From contig CM097882.1 of the NCBI GenBank assembly GCA_044892505.1, positions 419,926,001 through 419,990,000 on the forward strand: a stretch of 64,000 nt of DNA, given 5' to 3'. Below are positions 59,001 through 64,000 of the stretch, piece by piece. A model generated the notes under the pieces. That model ran no database searches and was not told where the DNA came from. It saw nothing but the letters and a program-made list of their open reading frames with translations. Made by a program: the position numbers and the translations under genes. Positions within the stretch are counted from its first letter, which is position 1. Each line of letters opens with the position of its first letter. The DNA comes from Schmidtea nova (lineage: Eukaryota).

Positions 59001-59687
59001 CCGCGGTTTTTTTTCACGTAGACGAAGAGTAGATAATTATTTATGAATCGAGAAAACGACATACTAGAATAATAGATGCCCATATGTAGGGTAAAATATG
59101 CATCTTTTGTTATATTCAATTTTTGTATTTTGTAATAATTAATAATAAATGTATTTGACCTTCTAAATATGTAAATTTAATCTACTAAAGTATTAATCAT
59201 TTGCATATTTAATAACCTATTTACACGATAATATTTAAAATATGATCCACAAAGAATACTTTTTAATAATCCATCATCAATTTTTATTTTTTAAATAAAA
59301 ATAAAAATAATTGCCATTATATATCCATGAAATTCAGATAGCGTAGTTATGACTAATTCATCTTCAAAATACTGCTAGAATTCGTTCTAAAACTGTAATT
59401 TATTAACACATTGCTGACGAAAGACGTGGAATGACGTCTTTCATTTTTCAACTGTTGGTGACTTGAGACGCTAATTCACGTCATACATACTTTATGCGGT
59501 ATCGTGTAAAAAACGAAAACTACTATTAAATAAAACAGTAAACATGGAATGGGTACTTAGAAAATATTTTACACTCTTGTTTAGTTTCAATCATTTATTA
59601 AATATGCTTATTAGAGCATACCGTCTTCAGTGTGATTATATGCCAAATTATTCAACAATGTATGTGGAAAATATTATTTGTTAATTA

Positions 59688-60104
59688 CCGTATATACTCG
59701 TACATAAGCCGAGAAATTTTGGGCAATTTTTTAAGCTAATTTTTTCTATTCGGCTTATATACGGGTAACAAAAACCAATATTTTTTGCCAGCCAAAAAAA
59801 CATTAATTTTAATTTAAAAAATCATATTTAATTTAACACTCTTGTAGGATTAAAAATATTTATTTAATCAATTTTATATTAATTATTATTTTTGTGAATT
59901 AAATATTCTCTCTTTTTGACATCTCATTTCTCAAATTGTGCACATGTCAAAAACAAGATTTTGTGATTATTTAAATAATTCGTCAGATTTTAGCTATTTT
60001 TTTTACCTCGGCTTATATACGGGTACTTGATTTTGGACAAAAAATTGACTATAAAAACTCACTTCGGCTTATATACGGATCGGCTTATACACGAGTATAT
60101 ACGG
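59688..60104. mobile_element. Tc1/mariner- or pogo-type MITE
   Basis: TIRs CCGTATATACTCGTACATAAGCCGA / TCGGCTTATACACGAGTATATACGG flanked by TA; internal TCGGCTTATATACGG subrepeats. Confidence 0.85.
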
Positions 60105-60677
60105 TAGTTAATAAATTTTATTATTTTCTGGCTAACAATTTTTGTTAATTTTTAAATTAAGCTTTCAAATAATACTAAATTTTTAAATTAATAATAATAT
60201 TTATTTAAATTTGTTTGTATTATAGCAGAATTTTTTAATTTTAAAAATTTTGATTTACATATTTCTTGATTTGTTTATTTTATTTACCTGGAATTATATC
60301 CCAGGATAACAAAGATATACGTAACATACAACTTTTCTCTAATTAATATTAATATTTTGGATGTGATATCGAAAATTGTTCATAAAATTGGACATAATAT
60401 AAAAATTATCAAACGTACATACACAAATTTCTGGAATGCCTAAGGCATATACATTGATATCTTTAACTAGAAAATAAAATTTTTATTAATAAAATTATTA
60501 CATTTTTATTAGAAAATATTTTTTTTCGTAATTTTCAAAGAATTAAATTATCATGCCAGTTAATTGCAACATAATTATTTTTTTCAATTTAATTAATTGG
60601 ACAGATTTATAGATTATGTAATATTCTGAAAAATAGCTGTAATATATTTGTTGAGATTGTACAATTTAAATGAAAAT

Positions 60678-61765
60678 GGATCAGAATCAAAATTTCCCCC
60701 GGAGGGGAATTTTAATTCTGATCAATTTTAAAAATATAAAAAATTTAACCTTCGCTCTTTTGGCCTCTTTTATAGTAAAACTATCACTCGCTCTATCTAT
60801 GCATTGCTCGTTTTTAGACCGCCTTGTGTGTATTTAATTTGATTAGCATTCATATTTGTCGTAACTTTAACATGCGTGCGTGAAATAGAGAGAAGTTTAA
60901 TTAATTTTTCCGAAGTGGAAAAGGAGTCAAAGAGTCAATTAATTTTTATCGACTCGGACTTCGATATCGACATCTCGAAAAACCTTCTACTCCTCGACTC
61001 CGATTCCAACTCCCCATCCCTGGTTTTAAACGAGCTCGAGTGCGGAAAAAACTCTTTAATGAAGCTTTACTCGCTTCTTCGAAAACTTTGTAAGCTATGA
61101 TGAAAATCCGATTGTTTTGGGCGGTAATAGTGTTTTGTTTTGAATTGCGATGAATCGTTGTTTAGGCACAAACCCAAATATCATTGTGGTCGACCCACAA
61201 CTCAAGAATTTAGGGTTTTATGTATTGCTGATAAACGTTATATCCTTGCAAAGGGGTTTATGACTATAGTCGAAGGAATATCTGCATATGAATTATTACA
61301 CGTAATACAGTCGAGAGAGAGACGGATCAATTATTTACACGGATTGATGGGCTGCTTAAAATAACATTAAAGATCTTGGTTTGAGCATCGCAGAGTAAAC
61401 CATAGTTTACATTTTGTGGATCCAAGAACCGGAGTTCATATCCAGTTTATTGAATCGTATTGGGCTAAACAAAAATATCGCCAAAAAAATGAAAGGTATT
61501 GATGGAAATTTAATGAAAGAATTATAAGTAATGTTTATGTGTTGGAATAATAAATGTAAAAAACGATTTGAAAAGGTTATTAATTTAATAAATACGTATT
61601 ATTAAATTTTTTGAACTCGTTTATCTTAAAGTTGTGATTTTTGTAAATTATTATTATAAAGTAAAAGTATACATTGTCAGTCTAAATAAAATTCATATTA
61701 TGATGCTTTTTCTGACGAAAATGGGCATTTTTAATTTATTCGGGGGGAAATTTTAATACTGATCC
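60678..61765 (+). mobile_element. Merlin (IS1595/ISXO2-like) DNA transposon, decayed
   Basis: TIRs GGATCAGAATCAAAATTTCCCCC / GGGGGAAATTTTAATACTGATCC; 8-bp TSD ATGAAAAT/AGGAAAAT (7 of 8 match); DESLF...KY.CGR, IYTD and HRRVNHSLHFVDPRTGVHIQFIESYW. Confidence 0.88.
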
Positions 61766-62039
61766 AGGAAAATTAAAATAAATTGGCACGAAATCGGAAA
61801 TAAAATAATTAATTAAAATCATAAATCAATATTGTATTAGGTATTATACCAGAAATTATGCAGATCCTCAATATACAACATATTTTCAATGTACCACAAT
61901 TTTTGGCACTGTCTTTTTCAAGTGTTAAATATAAAACCAAATATTAATCGATAGTTTGAAAAGAAATTAAGATAAAGGTAATTGAAAATAGATATTTATC
62001 AATGTTTTAAACTGAAACAATAACTAAATGCATATAATC

Positions 62040-62525
62040 ACATGTCCATTAACCAGTATTTGAATACTGCTGAAGATATGATTTCCGAGGCTCAAAAGGA
62101 TCCAACCTTCATGAAACGCATCATAACGGGGGACGAGACATGGGTCTATGAATACGATGTCAAAACAAGCCTGCAGTCGTCCGAATGGCGCCTCGAAGGC
62201 GAGACGGAGCCGAAAAAACGCGCCAAAGTCGATTGAAAATCAAAGTCATGCTCACTGTTTTCTTTAATTATCGTGGTCTGGTGCATTCAGAGTACCTGCC
62301 ACCTGGTCAAACAGTCAATAAAGACTATTACCTGGCCTTCATGAAGCGTTTGCGTGATGCCGTGTGTCGTAAACGACCAGAATTGTGGGCCGAAAACCTT
62401 TGGAATTTGCAACACGATAACGCGCCGTGACATAAGGCTTAGACTGTCGTGGATTATTTGACCAAACACAGTGTGAATTTGCTCAAGCAGACTCCGTATT
62501 CATCAGATATGGCCCTGTGCGACAA
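62040..62525 (+). mobile_element. Mariner (DD34D-type) transposase internal remnant
   Basis: RIITGDETWVY, KVMLTVFF, HDNAP* and PYSSDMALCD, with a frameshift. Confidence 0.88.
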
Positions 62526-62993
62526 ATGTGTGTCACCGACAAAATAAACTTGCAGAAAAATTAAAGGTTGCTCAACAAACAATTTCCTATTGTTTACAAG
62601 CAATGAAAAAGATTATAAAGGAATGAAAATGTACTTCAAAACGTATGAAATGGAAAATTTGGTCTCTAAATGTTTGGCCTCAAAACAAGAAATTTTTGTC
62701 AGACGGTATCGACAAATTACCTAAAAGATATTGGGAAATTTAAAGCTGATTATGGATATTTCTTTAAATAACCCACTTTTGATGTTTTTCCTTGATAAAA
62801 AACGTATTAATAAATTAACCAGTACACATATTATTTATTTTCATTTTTTTAGATAATAGATCAAAATGTTTTCAATTTAACAAAAATTGTCGACACTGCC
62901 TTTATCAAGTGTTATTTAAATAATTTATTTTATTGTGCTTAATAGAGATTCCTAAGTTTTATTTTATATTTTAAATTAATTTTATATGGAAAT

Positions 62994-63555
62994 TTAATTT
63001 AAAAATGGAAATTCTATGCGAGTTATCGGATTGTGTAATTGGATGAAAGAAGTTTCGGAAAATAATATTTTAAAAAATTTTCTAACCCATGTCCATACGT
63101 GATGAACTTCTCTTCTACCGGTATAGATCCATAATATTTTCTCACATTCAAAATCTTCTCTCAAAGCCCTATCCAGCACTTTTATCGCCGCTGTCATCAA
63201 CGGCAAACATTTTCTACGTTTGTCTATTTTTTACAGTAGAATCTCACGTCATTACAATCGACATGTCAATATCGAATACTAATTCTTTTCAATCTGCATT
63301 GAACCCGTTTGAACAATTTTTTATGGTTTTTTAGTTCAGTGTTATAAACTGCTCCGATATCAATTTTGTATGTTTTTTTCGAATTAGCTCGTCTTTGAAT
63401 TCATTCTCATCTTTAAATGATAGATATCGTAAATAGATATTATCTTTCAGTGTGAAACTGAATTCATGATTGCAAAAAAACGTGTCATTGTTACAGTAAC
63501 TCAGCCACTTACAAAATAGAGATGATGGGAAAATTGTCTTATAGAAAATTTTCAA
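62994..63555 (-). pseudogene. PRIM1: DNA primase small subunit (PRI1/PRIM1) copy with several frameshifts and no introns
   Basis: EFSFTLKDNIYLRYLSF, KIDIGAVYN, KELVFDIDMS and AAIKVLDRALREDF...LWIYTGRR fall in different frames. Confidence 0.85.
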
Positions 63556-64000
63556 TAATTCATCGTGATTACCACTTTATCCGTCATATTATAAGATTGT
63601 TAAAACAAAATATATTTGACATGTTAATTAATATCACAATATTATAAAAATGTATGATTAAGATTGATAGCGTAGAAGTTGCTCTTTAATAAAAAATATT
63701 TTAAATAAAAAATACAAATGAAAAAATATAATAACACTGCATAATACTTTTTTTCGACCAAAACATTCTAACCACGCGAATTCAACACAAAAGTTAATTT
63801 TTGTTTATGAAAGTAAAGTTTTAAATTAAAAAATCAAAATACAGTAAAAGTCTTTGTGGATGGAGTTTTATTTTGTCCGGCGGGCATGTCGGAATGAGTG
63901 GGAAAAATTCATGATGCAGAGACGTGAACAGGATACTTTTACATTTTCCATTTAAAATATTTTGTTCAAAACATTTGACAAATGGTAAATTGTTTTGATT

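Noticed and set aside
1-64000. Naming the host species from AT content and small introns
   Set aside because: The evidence supports only an AT-rich, TE-rich animal genome; the species needs a database search.

Overview
AT-rich animal nuclear DNA with spliceosomal introns, a nuclear-receptor fragment and N-masked stretches; no rRNA, tRNA or CRISPR seen. (1) Positions 1-19.8 kb hold head-to-tail, diverged Polinton/Maverick (adintovirus-like) units, all on the + strand: two protein-primed PolB genes, minor capsid (penton), a small basic core protein, major capsid, an adenain-type protease and two copies of a small Cys/His protein. No integrase, packaging ATPase or terminal inverted repeats were recognisable in the window. 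In both units the PolB frame opens at a conserved phase-1 splice acceptor, downstream of a CCAAT/TATA promoter and a chain of small phase-1 exons. Each PolB is followed by a tandem array rich in transcription-factor-site-like motifs, ending at a shared AAAATT(T)CTA...GGGGGTCTT junction. (2) Positions 19.8-28 kb hold two diverged copies of an unknown two-gene cassette in inverted orientation, bracketing a hAT MITE, a half nuclear-receptor zinc finger and an intronless Ser/Thr kinase; a probable third decayed copy lies at about 56-57 kb. (3) The rest is TE-rich host DNA: three exons of an HROB/MCM8IP-like gene separated by 3.4 and 4.1 kb introns, a 79/81-bp satellite, PP4R1-like and PRI1-like disrupted copies, and hAT, rosa (DD41D), mariner, pogo, Merlin, Ty3/gypsy and RLE non-LTR remnants. 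All family assignments rest on motif recognition by eye, not database searches.
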